The notes: generated by a model from the sequence alone, not told the origin. Positions 36,571-51,500 are shown, counted from the first letter of the stretch. The stretch: DNA of 64,000 nt from Paraspadella gotoi (GCA_051294375.1 JBJCIZ010000239.1:2126581-2190580), one strand, 5' to 3'. Program-made: numbers and translations.

Positions 36571-39500
36571 TTAATCAGGTCCGATCCCAAAATCGAGAAA
36601 TGGAAGCCACTCGAAGATCTCCTCCACTTTGTGCGAAGGAACAATTCCTCTTTTTTTTGTGCGAGTATTCGTGCCAAAGACTTTTCCGCCGCCACGGTAT
36701 TCGGAGGCAAAGGAGGCGGCACCAACATGAATTCGATCGCCAACCTGATTTTAAAATAAATGGGCTCGTAATTTGGTTCCATGCCCGTCGTTTTGACTAC
36801 TATAAAACTCTTTTTTTTTAGTTTTCAACATAATATTTCTTGAAAATATAAGTTGATAAATATGATTTTTGCCTTTATATTACAGCAGGATTCATATTAA
36901 GCAATTTACAGTGGATGAATATTGAATAACCAATAGGGACTGTTTTTATGTATACAGTAATATTTGGCTTCATAAAGAGAGCAAAAAAGCAGTAGGAGTC
37001 TTGCTTTGCCTCAATTGTTAAGACTACTTTATAAGACTACTTTAGTTGCTATATAGACTGTATGGGCATCGCCTGTTGTCAAGAGATGAAATTATAGAAT
37101 TTATGGTGGACTAAAATCCACCAACCGTTCATCAGCGGCCATTGATGCCGGAGGCAAGTCATTCGCCTCCCAACAAAAAGGTCCGGGGTTCTTTGCCCGG
37201 TGGCCGCCTAGCAGTTAAGAGGGACGGGGCGCTTAACCCATCTGTAACACGGTGTTACAGCCTGATCCAAAGCTCAGGGACTGCTTGTATTGAACAGTTC
37301 TGTCATTAATACATAACAATAATTACTGTCTCTTCATTGATGAGCCCGACTTCCGAACACAACAGCAACAACAACACTTTCAGGCGACATGCCTCTACCT
37401 GGCGATGCACTTTCCGCCCACAACACATCAGGCGACATGACTTAACTTGGTGATGCACTTTCCGCCAACAACAATTCACTGAAGAGACGCAACAGACTTC
37501 TCCCTACGGGATGGGAGGATGTATGGTGGACTAAAATCCACCAACCATTCATCAGCGGCCATTGATGCCGGAGGCAAGTCATTCGCCTCCCAACCCAAAG
37601 GTCCGGGGTTCTAGCCCGGTGGCCGCCTAGCAGTTAAGAGGGATGGGGCGCTTAACCCGCCTGTAACACGGTGTTACAAGCTCAGGGACTGCTTATATTG
37701 AACGGTTCTGTCACTAACACATAATAATAATCACTGTCTCTACAAATTTGGTTTTTTCCTTGATTCCTTACTTGAAGATTAATCTGCCCCTTGTTGGATG
37801 CGACATGAGGAATAATCGCGCGGAAGATGCGAGTTCTTTGAGGAACAAGGAATTGCTGCACATCTAGTGAAACAAATCGACTCTTGACATCAAGTTGAGT
37901 TGACTGCATCAGTTCGTAAGCCAAACGGCAGACCTGATGAGAAAAAAAAAGAAACCAACTTCATACAAAATGGTGCAAGAATATAAATTATTTACATTTG
38001 AACTTGAAGTGCAGACCAAGAAGTCGGACTCTGCCATGAAGTAAATATCTCGAATGACTCCCCTCAATGATTCGGGTGTGTATCTATCATGCTTAGCCAT
38101 ATTTGTATTTTTCTTGTCCATAATGAAGATGTATTTCGATGAAAAACTTTAAATTTAAATAAAATAAATTTAGACATAAAATCAAAAGAGACAAATTTTT
38201 TAAATGAAATGTATAACAGTCCCTGAGCTTTGGCATATGCTGAATAAAGCGTAGAAAAAATATTAAAATCAAGTAGATTCAAAATTCGAAGAGTAAACAT
38301 TTTGACATAAAATTTTTTTTTTTATTTTACAATTTTCGCATAAGCCCATATTTATTAGAGCTCCCAGAAATACCATGCATTTTTGAAAGTTCCTGATACC
38401 TGCAAAGTTTTTTGTGCCAAATTTAGTGGAGAAAACGAATATCACAATAAAAAATTTCCCCGAATGCTCTTGATGGATTTTCCACGCCAGTTTTTGCGTC
38501 GTACCACTTCCGGTTTTAAAAATTCAAAATTTCTGGAAAAAAATGAGCTGTTATTCAGCCAGCATACTTAAATTAATCAAAATAAAATTATTAATAACCT
38601 TAATACTCAATTTATTGTTGTGGTTTATAAATAAGGTTAAAAAATTATTATTACAAAAGACTTTAGGAGAAAAAACAATTTATTTGTTTTTATCAACAAA
38701 TAGTATTATTGGTANNNNNNNNNNTTGGGAGGTCTAATATTTATACATAGTACTCACTAAAGAGAATGTCAAAATTTTAAAACTTTTTTTTCATATTTTG
38801 AAAGTAGATTCTAATTTCTAACGAAAAGTTGAAAAAAGAAAATATAACTCTTTTTAAAAAATATTTCATTAAGTACGTCAAAATCCTAAAAAAAAAACTA
38901 ATAGTTAACCTATAATTAAATTTTAGTTTAAAAAATATAGTTTTTGTAATTTTTAGCTATATAAATTAATGAAATAATTTTTGATTAAGACTGATATTTT
39001 CTTTTATCAACTTTTATAAGTAATTCGAATTTGCTTTCAAAACTAAAAAAAAACTATTTAAAATTTTAACATTTTTTATGGTGAGTACTATGTATAAATA
39101 TGGCCTAATGCAAGAATTTAAAAATTAAAAATAACATTTTTTTAAAATATCAATGTTCTTTAGTACAAAACTGTTCATGATCGTATATTTTGATTTGCAA
39201 CTTTTACTGCGCCTTAATGCCGAAGCACCAAGCTAAAAACTGGTTAACTGACATTGTCCAACTCAACCACTCGAGGGCCAATGCGCTGAAACTCCAGACC
39301 TTTGAGTTAGAAGGCAAATGACTCACCTCCAGCTTCATCGACGCCTTGAATGGTTGGGGGACTTTGTTTTACAAAATTAGAGGCTTTCGCAATTCTTACG
39401 CTTTTGATTCTTCAATGACCATTGGTTCATCCGTGGCCAGAAAGACTTTCCGCTTTGTGCCCTTCGTGGGAGGGTGCGTCTTCTCCCAATTATCGTACCA

Positions 39501-42500
39501 CTCATCAACAGACACCATGTATTCAGAAAAATGGTAAAAGGCAGATTCTTTTGTTGAGATCTTGTCTGTTCGACGTACATGAATACTGACTATTGGATGA
39601 GAGAAGCCCATTTTAGTTTTTGACTCCTAAAGGAAACAAGTTTGAGCATACAATGCCGGATCTGCCCACGATCATTAGCGGTAAGCAGCTGATCAGATAA
39701 TTAATTAATTAATTAATCAATTAATAATATTAATTTTTTTATTAGTGTCAAAATCGTAATTGGTATTTGGTGTTTTTTGCTAAGGTGGGACAAACGGACG
39801 GACAGACAGAAGGACGGACATCATTTTTTTTGCATAATTTATCGTGCCCACCACAGCGCAACCGGAATATAAGCAGAAGCGTCCTAAGAACGTGGGTCAC
39901 TTGTCCCTCCCCTACCACCAGGGGATCACTGAGTCATTTCATTTGCTTCAACCAAAGGGGGCCAGCTCATTTTGAGCTCTTTCTTAATTCTTAAACTTTC
40001 ACTTTCATACTAATATTAACTCATGTATCTATCATATTTCAATATTTCATTTTCACAATTAACTAGTTAATTGTTAAAAATATTAATTTCATTGTTAGTT
40101 TAAATAATATATCTTTGTTGTACATTGCACAATGTATCATTTTCCAATGTTCAATCTCTCTCTCTCTCTCTCAAATATTCACCATTTAATTTCTTTTCAC
40201 AACCTAGCTCAATCTGTCTTCACCTTAACCTGACCACTGTTCTTTTCTCAACTCTGTGTTGGAAAACTTTGCCCTTTCTCTCTCTCTTTCTCTAACTTTC
40301 CTTTGCACAATAATTTGAAAAAATTTTACAACATTGTCTGATGCTGAAGAAGGCTTGACGGACCGACAAAGTGAATTATAGAGCCGGAATCTACTGTAAG
40401 CAGATCCGGCTAAAAACAGCTGCGTTCTACCAAATCTAATTCTCAGTAAGTTGGTCAAAATTTGAGTTTTATTTGGTAAAAAGCGTTATTATTTCAGTAA
40501 TACCCTTTGTCTACTGTTTTTTGCCTAATTTTCATTTCTCACCTTTAATATTTTTAGTCGGATCTGCTTATCAGGCAGATCCCGACTCTATAATTCACTT
40601 TGTCGGTCCGTCGGTCCGCCCCTCAATATTGTCGCGCACTAACTTATATCATGTCAGAACATCGAATTATAATAAATTATGCAAAAAAAAATGATGTCCG
40701 TCCGTCCGTCTGTCTGTCTGTCCATCCGTCCGTCCCACCTTAGCAAAAAACACCAATTACTCGTGATTGGATGGATGGATTTGAATGAAATTTTGTGTGT
40801 GGGTAGGGAAGTGTGTGATTGAGCTGGATATAAAGTTTCGATGGATCGACCGGTGGAAAATGAGTTTAAATGGAAAAAACAAAAAAATATAATTCACTAT
40901 TTGAACATTAATTGCTCATAAGTGGATGGGCGATTGACCTGGAATTTTGTATGTGAGTAGGAAAGTTGTGTGATTGAACAGGAAACCAAGTTTCAATGGA
41001 ATCGTTTGAGTGGAAATGAGTTTAAATGGAAAAAACAAAAAACCTCTTTCACTAATTGATTATGCCTTCTTTTTCCTTTTATATTAATGTATAAGCAGGA
41101 TTATTAATAAATCAAATAATTAATCAGTTAATTAATCAATCAGTCAATTAAATAATCACTAATTAATTAATCAGTCCAATCAATCAGTCCATCGTCCCAC
41201 CTTAGCAAAAAGCCCAATACTCGTGATTGGCGTGGTTATGGTAGGTGAACATGAGTGATGAAGCTGGATATAAAGTTTTGATGGAATCGTGTGAGTGGAA
41301 ATGAGTTTAAATGGAAAAAACATAAGTCGCATTTACTAAAATCTTTTTTACTTATTTTAACCAATAAATACTCTAAATTAATCATAATTGGATGGATAGA
41401 TTAAGTTCAAAATTTTGTGTGTGGGTAGGAAAATGTGTGACGAAGCTTGATATAAAGTTTCGGTATGAGTGGAAATGAGTTTAAATGAAAAAAATATGAG
41501 TCACATTTACTTGACTCTTTTACTTATTTAACCCATAATAGATTGAGATGAAATTTTGTGAGCGGGAAGAAAGTGTGTGAAGAAGCTAGATATAAAGTTT
41601 TGACGGAATTGTGCCAGTGGAAATGAGTTTAAATGGAAAAATATAAGTCACATTTACTTTATTTTAAGGACATCGATGATGATAAGCTGTATATAATTTA
41701 TAACTAATTTATTACATAATTTTAAATTAATTAATTTATATTATAATCGATTATTAAATTAATTTTCGTAGGCAGATCCGACATTGTTTGCTCAAACTTG
41801 TATTTTTATATTTATAATTACCAAGTTTAGTCTCCCCAAACTTTTTTCCTACCTTTTTGTATTCATTTTTAAATTCATTTTTCTCCTTATTTTTTTTACA
41901 AAATTAACCTGTAAGTTCTTCAGTCTTCCTTTTCTTTCCTATAAGATTTTATATATATCATGACTAACCTGGATAATTTTCAGTTTTGTCTCACTAAACT
42001 TTTTTGGTTAACTTTTCATTTTAATTCCTTATGTAATTCTTTATGGAATCCTGATATTTTGCATTTTTACAACAGTATTTCTTTATAGTTCTTTAAGTTT
42101 TCTTGCTCAATGGATTTTTAATTATAATATAACATAATAGTATTATTTTATGATTTTTATAAGATTTTTAATATTTAAAATATTTAAAATGTTTAAAAGC
42201 TTAAAGTCCATTTATTGAATTTTGATAAAATTTATAAAAATTAGATTATTATTTAAGATGAAGATACTATTACTAAAAATAATAAAAATACTTTTTTTAA
42301 TATCATCATTAGTATAGAGAGTATAATTAATATGAAATCGATTTTCATAACAGAATTTTTTGTTGTTATATTTTTATTTATTAATATATTGAATTTTTTT
42401 CTTTCTTTATCTATGACTTTTCAAACTTAAGAAAGATTTTCTTATTCCAAAGAAGGATCATGATTTTGGTAATTGAAATTTGTGTTTGCTGTTTTTTTCT

Positions 42501-45500
42501 GTTTTCAAATGTTTTTTGAATACTCTATGCAAAAATAAATACAAAAAATATAATAAAAGGAAAAAACATTTAAATGAAAAAATAAGGACAAAAATAATTT
42601 TTAATTACATAAAACAAATTATATAAAAAAATTTATGAAATAAAAAATGTATTCTAAAATTCTTTAAACGTCTTCACAAGCACAGGGAGTATAATAATTA
42701 AGATCTTATGAAATTGGTACAACCAATATAAAAATTATCCATTCATTTAATGAATAAGCTTTTTTGCCCCTGACTTTGGACAGGCTCTGGTGGTCTAAGG
42801 CCTCCATCACTCCTACAAGATAATGACATAGCAGGTCCCTGCAAGCTTTCAATCAAGACTCTCTCACAATCTTATTTATTCACTCCCAGAGTACCTGGCT
42901 TCCCTATCAATGAAATGGTATAATTTTTCAAAGAATGTTTCAATTGTATGAAAATTTTCGTTTTAATTTGAATAAAAACCTATACATGAGATAAACCTGA
43001 TTGACTTTTTGATCAGGTGATTGCAAAAGTTTGAAAAAATCGGTTGATACATTACCTTTCTCCTAAGTATTAACTAAAATTATACAGTATTCTCTAAGTT
43101 AAGAGCATTTGAAATGAAATTGACCAATGGACCGACGGACGAACCCGTAAATCAACTACCAAAAAATTGTCTTTCAGGCTTACACTGTGTGTACTAGTTG
43201 TGCAAAAAATTACCTTAATCCAATCCACAATACGCGGCTGGGGACGAAAGAGGTACTTGACCATTTGACCCACCCACCAGTCTGTAGGATGTCTCGTCAA
43301 ACGTTCGAGTCTGGGTCTGAGGTCCGCCGGGATAGTTGGAGGGTATAGATTAAATGCTCCGCAAATTTTGAAGAGGCCAGTCTTCTTTGTTATTGCTACC
43401 TCAAGGACGTTGGGATATTTCATGGGAGAACCAGTAATATAATTAAGCGGAAAACCTTTAGATTAAAAAAAAATTATAAAAGCTCACTGAAGATAGGAGA
43501 CATAAATCATTAGTTTTGCCAATTATTTTACAAATCATAGATGTTAGTAGAAAAAGATATTAAAGCATTAACAGCATTATTAACTAAAACGTAAAGGACT
43601 GACTAATAGAGCATTTAAAAATAACAAAATATAACAAATTGAATAAGGTCCATAGCTATTTTAGTGTAATCAAGTCTGTAGAATTCGACGTTGATAACCA
43701 TTTTTAGTATTGTTTCATCTTCTTTGTCGGAAATGGCGATTTTTGCAGCATCAAAGGAGAAGGATGGAGCAGTTAGATATTGTAAATGAACAACATACCT
43801 TCAAAATGCGTTGACCATCTGTATTCGAAGTTGTGAGAAATCCCTTATAATTATTATATATAACGAATTTGCGCAAATAAATATCTTTTTCCCTCTGTGA
43901 GCTGACAACAGATCTATTTGAACACACTCTGGATGGTTTGATATGTCAAAATGATGGTTAATTGTCAAGCAGAAACAAAATATCTAAGCCCTTGAATGAT
44001 GTAACAGATTCAGGAATCACGCGACGTTGTTTTTCACTCTATCTGATTTTCTCCTGCTCTTCCCAGCGGGCGTTCACACTCATTGGTACGTCAGCATTTT
44101 TAACTCGAAAATCTCATTGAACAAACGTCTTCCTCGATTCTCTTAAGCAAGCGACGTAGACTCCTCACCTTAACCGCCGTCTGTAAACCGTCGTTACCAG
44201 CCTGACCATCAACAGCTCAGGGCACTCGCTATATTCGAACGGTTCTGTACTAATAACACAATAATTACTACGTCCTCTTCATTGTGAGCACCGACTTCCC
44301 AAACAAAACAAACAAAAGAAACAACAAACACTTATCAAGGCGACCATGCCTCCTAACCTGCCCGCACTGCACTCTTCGCAACAAACACATCAGGCGACAT
44401 GCCTCAACTGGTATGCACTTTCCGCCAACAAAAATTTCACTGAAGAGACGCAACAGACTACCCTATGGAGATGGGAGGATGTATGGTGGACTAAAATCCT
44501 ACAACCTCATATCAATCAGCGCGCCATTGATGCCGGAGGCAAGTCATTCGCCTCCCAACCAAGGCTCCGGCGGTTCTCGCCCGGTGGCCCGCCTAGCAGT
44601 TTAGAGGACCGGGCTCTTCCACAACAGTGATTACAAGCTCCAGGGACTGCTTAATAATTGAACGGTTCTGCACTAAACACATAATAATAATCACCTGTCT
44701 CTACAAATTTTGCTTTTTCTTCCCTTGATTCGCTTACTTGAAGATTAATCGCCCCTCGTTGGATGGACATGAGGAATAATCGCGCAGAAGATGCGAGTTC
44801 TTGATGGAACAAGGATTCGCTGCACAATCAACCGTAACACAACTCGACTCTTGACATCAAGTTGAGCTTGACCTGCATAGTCTTCGCTAAGCCAAGGCAG
44901 AAACCTGATGAGAAAAAAAAAGAAACCAAGTTCATACACAAATGGTGCAAAGAATATAACAATTTATTTCACATCTTAATCTGAAGCTGCAGACCAAGAA
45001 GTCGGACTCTGCATGAAGTAAATATCATCGAATACTCCCCTCAATGATTCGGGTGTGTATCTGTCATGCTTCAGCCATAACTTTGTTATTTTTTGTCATA
45101 ATGAAGATGTAATTTCGTAAAAACTTTAATTTAAATAAATAACATTTAGACATAAAATCAAAAAGAGACAAATTTTATAAAATAGAACATGTATAACAGT
45201 CCTGAGCTTGGCATCATGCTGAAAAAAGCAAATTAATGTAGAAAAATATTATATCAAGTAGATCATTACAGAAGAGTAACACATTTATGACAATATAAAA
45301 ATTATTATTTTATTTTAAACAATTTTCGACACATAGGCCATAATTTTCACTTAATCATACGTACCATATACACCACACTAGGCAACCTCGTCAAAATTTC
45401 TAAAAACTTTTTTTTTCATCTATTTTTGAAGTACGATTGTAATTTACTCAACAGAAACAGCTTGAAAAAACAAAAATATTCAGAAGTGGCCAACAATAAT

Positions 45501-48500
45501 AACTCTTATTACGAGAAAAATATATTCAATTAAGATAACGTCAAAATCCTAAAAAAACATTATAGCTTAACCTATAATCTAAATTTAGTTTAAAAAATAT
45601 AGTTTTTGTAATTTTTAGCTAATATAAATTATGAAATAATTTTGATTAAGACTGATATTTTCTTTTAATCAACTTTTATGAGTAATTCGAATTTTTTATT
45701 CAAACCTAAAAAAAAACTATTTAAAATTTTAACATATTTTAATGGTAGAAGTACTATGTATAAAATATATATAATCATAAATATCATTATTTATACATAG
45801 TAGCTCCACCATAAAATGTTATAAAAATTTTAAATAGTTTTTTTTTGTTTTGAAAGACAAATTCGATACTCTATAAAATTGATAAAACGAAATATCAGTC
45901 CTTAATCAAAAATTATTAGGCTAATTATATTAGGCTAATGCAAGTTTACAAATTAAAAAATAACATTTTTTTAATATAATGTCTTTAGTACAAAACTGGT
46001 TCATCGACGTATATTTTGATTTGCAAAACTTTCACGCGCCTTAATGCCGAAGCACCAAGCTGACATTGTCCAACCTCAACCACTCGAGGGCCATAATGCG
46101 CTGAAACTCCAGACCTTTGGTTAGAAGGCAAAATAGAGTACCTCCAGCTTCATCGACCTACCTTGAAATGGTATGGGGGACTTTGTTTTCACAAAATTAC
46201 GAGGCTTTCCGCATTCCTTACGCTTTTGATTCTCAAATGACCATTGGTTCATCCGTGGCCAGAAAGACTTTCCCGCTTTGGTGCCCTTCGTGGGAGGGGC
46301 GTCTTTCTCCCAATTATCGTACACCACTCATCAACAGACACCATGTAATTCAGAAAAATGGTAAAAGGCAGATTCTTTTGTTTGAGATGCTTGTCTGTTC
46401 GACGTACATGAATACTGACTATGGATGAGAGAAAGCCCATTTTAAGTTTTTGACTCCTAAAGGAAGCAAGTTTGAAGCATACAATGCCGGTCTGCCCAAT
46501 CATTAGCGGTAAAGCAGCTGATCAGATAATTAATCTAATTATTAATAAATAATAATATTAATTTTTTAATTCGTCGTCCAAAATCGTAATTGGATATTTG
46601 GTGGTTTTTTGGCTAAGGTGGGTACACGGCACGGACAACGAACAAAGGACGGACATCATTTTTTGCATAATTTATCGTGCCACCACATCGCGCCAACCGG
46701 AATATAAGCCAGAAAAAGCCCGGGGCTTACCTTAGAAACGTGGGTCACCTTGTCCCTCCCCTAACCAACAGGGATCATGACATTGGTGGCGGGTGCTAGC
46801 AAAGCAGGGGATCTCCCACTCAGTGACGACCCGCGGTTCTCTAACGTGAGCAACTTGGTGAAACCGAAGATAAAATCCCCAGACCAAAACCATCAGGAGC
46901 CATCTCTGGCGGCCTGTGGCAAGCGGGCGGGCCAACCAAAGCCTGTGCAAAAGCATACGTGGGCGAGACAGGCCAAGTCTCTGATGGACCCAATTTCAGC
47001 AGCACACGAAGCCTTATCGCGCATGGCGAGAGGGCATTACTTATCTGCTGTAACGCCGAGCATACAGCAAGTACTGGCCATATATTCAGAGAAATCGGAC
47101 TGTCTCGTGTATTAGAGGTATAGAGGTATTAGAGAGGCAATTTACTTACATCAAAAGCCCTCGAAAACCTCTTTGAAACCGTGATGGACGGACGATTCGA
47201 TCTCCCTCCAAGCTACCAAATACGCTTATCAAAAGCTGGTGCCTTATCAGCAGATCCCGACTCTCATAATTCACTTTAGTCGGTCGCGTCGGTCCGCCCC
47301 TCAATATTGTCCGGCACAACCTTATATCATGTCAGAACAATCTCGAATTATAATAAATTAATCGCAAAAAAATGTTGTCCATACCGTCCGTCTGTCTGTC
47401 CTGTCCATCCCGCATCCCGTCCCACCTTAGCAAAAAACAACCAATTACTCGTCGATTGGATGATGGGATTTGAATGAAATCTTCTTGTGTGTGGGTAGGG
47501 AAGTCGTGTGATTGAGCTGGATATAAAGTTTCGATGGATCGTCCGGTGGAAAAATGAAGTTTAAATGGAAAAAACAAAAAAAATATAATTCACCTATTTG
47601 AACAATTAATTGCTCATGAGTGATGGGGGCGATTGACGCTGGAATTTGTATGTGATCACGGAAAAGTTGTGTGACTTGAACAGGAAACCAAGTTTCAATG
47701 GAATCGTTATTGAGTGGAAAATGAGTTTAAATGGAAAAAAAAACAAAAAAACCTCTTTCCTAATTGATATGCCTTCTTTTTCCTTTTATATTAAATGTAT
47801 AAGCAGGATGAATAATAAATCAAATAAATTAATCAGCTTAATTAATCAATCAGTCCAATTTAAATAATCACTAATTAATTAATCAGTCAATCATCAGTCC
47901 AAATTGGTCCGCACTTAGCACAAAAGCCCCCAATAACTCGTGATTGGCTGGTTGGATCGGAATCGAAATTTTGTGTAATGGGTAGGAACAATGAGTGGAT
48001 GAAGCTGCGAATAAATTTTGATGGAATCGTGTTGAGTGGAAATGAGTTTAAATGGAAAAAACATAAGTCGCATTTACTAAAATCTTTTTTAAACTTATTT
48101 TAACGCAATAAATACTCTATTAATCATAATTGGATGGATAGATTAAGTTCAAAATTTTGTGTAGTGGTAGGAAAATGTGTGAACGAAGCCTTGCATAATA
48201 AAAAGTTTCGGTAATGAAGTGGAACATGAGTTTAAATGAAAAAAATAAGTGAAGTCAACATCTTACTTGACTCTTACTTATTTCTAACCCATAATAAGAT
48301 TGAGATGAAATTTTGTCAGCGGGAAGAAAGTTGGTGTGAAAGAAGCTAGATAATCAAGTTTTGACGGAATTGTGGCCAGTGGAAATGATTAAAATGGAAA
48401 AAAATATAAGTCACATTTTCCTTTATTTTTAAGGACAATCGATGATGATAAGCAGTATATAAATTTCAATAAACTAATTTACTTAAATATAAAATTAATT

Positions 48501-51500
48501 AATTAATTAACTCGATTAATTAATTAATTTTCCGTAGGCATATCCGACAATTGTTTGCTCAAACTTGTATTTTTATATTTATAAATTACCCAAGTTTAGT
48601 CTCCCCAAACTTTTTTTCCTACCTTTTTGTATTCATCCATTTTAAATTCAATTTTCCTCAATTATTTTTTTTACAATTACAGCTGTAAGTTCTTCAGCTC
48701 TCTTCCTTTTCTTTCCTGTAAAGATTTTATATATATCATGACTAACCATGGATAATTTTCAGTTTTTTCCTCACTAAACTTTTTGTTAACTTTTCATCTT
48801 TATATTCCTATCGTAATTCCTTTACCTGAATCCGTGATATTTTGCATTTTTACAACAGTATTTCTTTATAGTTCTTTAAGTTTTCCTTGCCTCAATGATT
48901 TTTAATTAATAATATAACATAATACGTATCAATTTATGATTTTTTATAAAGATTTTTAAATATTTAAAATATTTAAAATGTTTAAAAAGCTTAAAGTCGC
49001 ATTTATTGAATTTTGCATAAATTCTATAATTAGATTTTATTATTTAAGATGAAGAACTATTTACTAAAAATATATAAAAAATACTTTTTTTTAAATATCA
49101 TCATTTGGTATAGAGAAAGTAATAAATTAATATGAAATCGATTTTCAATAACATAAATTTTTGTTGTTATATTTTATTTATTAATATATTGAATTTTTTT
49201 TTCTTTCTTATCGATGACTTTTCAAAACTTAAGAAAGATTTTTCCCTATTCCACAAGAAGGAATCATGATTTTTTAAATCTGAAATTTGTGTATTGCTGT
49301 TTTTTTCTGTTTTCAAAATTTTTTTGAATACTCTATGCAAAAACAGCAAAAAAATATAATCAAATAATAAAATACAAAAAATATAATAAAAGGAAAACAT
49401 TTAAATGAAAAAAATAAGGACAAAAATAATCTTTTAATTACATAACACAATTATATAAAAAATTTATAAATACAAAAATGTACTTCTAAAATTCTTTAAA
49501 ACGTCTTCACAAGCACAGGGAGTATAATAATTTAAGATTTTATGAAATTGGTACAACCAATAAAAAATTATCCATCCTCATCTTAAATCGATAAGCTTTT
49601 TGCCCCTGACTTTGGACAGGCTCTGGTGTCTAAGGCCTGTCCATCACTCCTAACACAGATAATAACATAGCAGGTTCACACAAGCTTTCAATCAAAGACT
49701 CTCTCACAGTCTTATTTATTCACTCCCAGAGTACCTGGCCTTTCCCTATCAAATGAAAATCGGTAATAATTTTTCAAGAATGTTCAAATTGTATGAAAAT
49801 TTTCGTTTTAATTTGACATAAAAAACCTAATAAGCCATGAGATAACCCCTGATTGACTTCTTTTGAATCAGTGATTGCAAAAGTTTGAAAAGAAAAAAAA
49901 TCTCCGGTTGATACCATTAACCTTTCTCCTATAGTATTAACTAATAATTATACAGTATTCTCTTAAGTTACAGAGCATTTGAAATGAATTGACCAATGGA
50001 ACCGACCGGACGAACCCGTAAATCAACTACCAAAATTGTCCTTTCAGGCTTACACTGTGTGTACTAGTTGTGCAAAAAAATTTGGTACCTTAATCCAATC
50101 CACATACCGCGGCTGGGGAAACGAAAAGAGGTACTTGACACATTTTGACCCACCCACCAGTCTGTAGGATGTTCTCGTCAAACGTTCGAGTTCTGGTCTG
50201 AGGTTCCGCCGGGATAAGTTTGGAGGGTAATAGATTAAATGCTCCGCAAATTTTGAAGAGGCCAGTCTTCTTTGTTATTGCTACCTCAAGGACGTTGGGA
50301 TAATTTCATGGGAGAACCAAGTAAATATAATTAAGGGAAAACCTTTAGATTCTAAAAAAATTTAATAAAGCTCAGCTAAGATGAATACATAAATCATTAA
50401 GTTTTTGCCAATTATTTTACAAAATCATAGATGTTAGTAGAAAAGATATTAAGCATTAAACCAGCATTATTAACTAAAACGTAAAAGGACTGACTAATAG
50501 AGCATTTAAAAAATAACAAATATAAACAAAATTGAAATAAGGTCCATAAAGCTATTTTAGTGTAATCCAATCTGTGAATTCCGAAACGGCTTGATAACCA
50601 TTTTTAGTAATTGTTTTCATCTTCTTTGTCGGAAATGGCGATTTTGCAAGCCATATAAGGATACTATATCAACACATGGCAATAAAACAATTGTAGAGTA
50701 AAAAGAAACTCAAATTANNNNNNNNNNNNNNNNNNNNNNNNNTTAAAATTTTATAAAAGCTATATTTAGCTTACATAATATGCAAATAAAGATCCATATA
50801 AATATTTCGGTAAGTTTATTTACAAATTTTATTTTTATTGTTTGTAAGCTATATTTATTAATAAATAATAATAAAAAATAAGCTAAAGTAAAAATATTAA
50901 AATTTTTAAATTTTTCAACCGGATTTGAATTCCTTACAAAAAGTTGATATAAGAAAATATATCCATTTTAACAAATTCTTTTATTAAGTAGGTTAAAAAT
51001 ATTAAAAACTATTTTTTTTATTTAATTTTTTAATTTTTTGCTTAAAATTATAGTTTTTTATTTTATTTGGACCAACTTAATGACATAATTTTGATATAAA
51101 AATTATATTTTCTTATATCAACTTTTTGCAAGGAATGCAAATCCAGGAATAAAATTTTGAAATTATTATTTTTAAACTTTAACCTAATTTTTACTCATAA
51201 TTATTAATAAATATAGCTAACTTGTTATAAAATTTAGAAATAAATTTACCAAACGATTTTTATAAGTATTTATTTTTATATTTTAAAACCTCATGTAAAT
51301 TTTATAAAATTTTAATAATTTGATTTATCATAACTTATAATTGTTTTTCTTATTATCACAATTTTATATACATTAAAAATCGGCATTTTCGAAAAGAACG
51401 ATCAAATTATACAAAAAAACGGTCATCACCATCAAATTCTACAGACTTGTTTACACTAAAAAAGCTAAGTACCTTATTCGATTTGTTATATGTTGTTATT

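Larger units (their letters stand above)
37102..37740 (+). mobile_element. Retrozyme-like tandem element (~420-nt unit, 1.5 copies) with two twister motifs, in the last FUT8 intron (antisense)
   Basis: TATGGTGGACTAAAATCCACC recurs at 37102 and 37522; no recognisable protein ORF; many hairpins. Confidence 0.75.

Noticed and set aside
37360-37470. Two short direct repeats (CAGGCGACATG...GATGCACTTTCCGCC) resembling a CRISPR array
   Set aside because: Only two imperfect copies inside a eukaryotic repeat, with no unique spacers or cas genes
37330-37560. CTGAAGA / TGATGA / minus-strand CTGATGA boxes in the 420-nt unit as a hammerhead ribozyme
   Set aside because: No GAAA-stem III-UH partner in the right position on either strand
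39396-39400. Apparent premature TAA in the FUT8-like ORF
   Set aside because: It is part of the GTAAG splice donor; the next exon continues in frame
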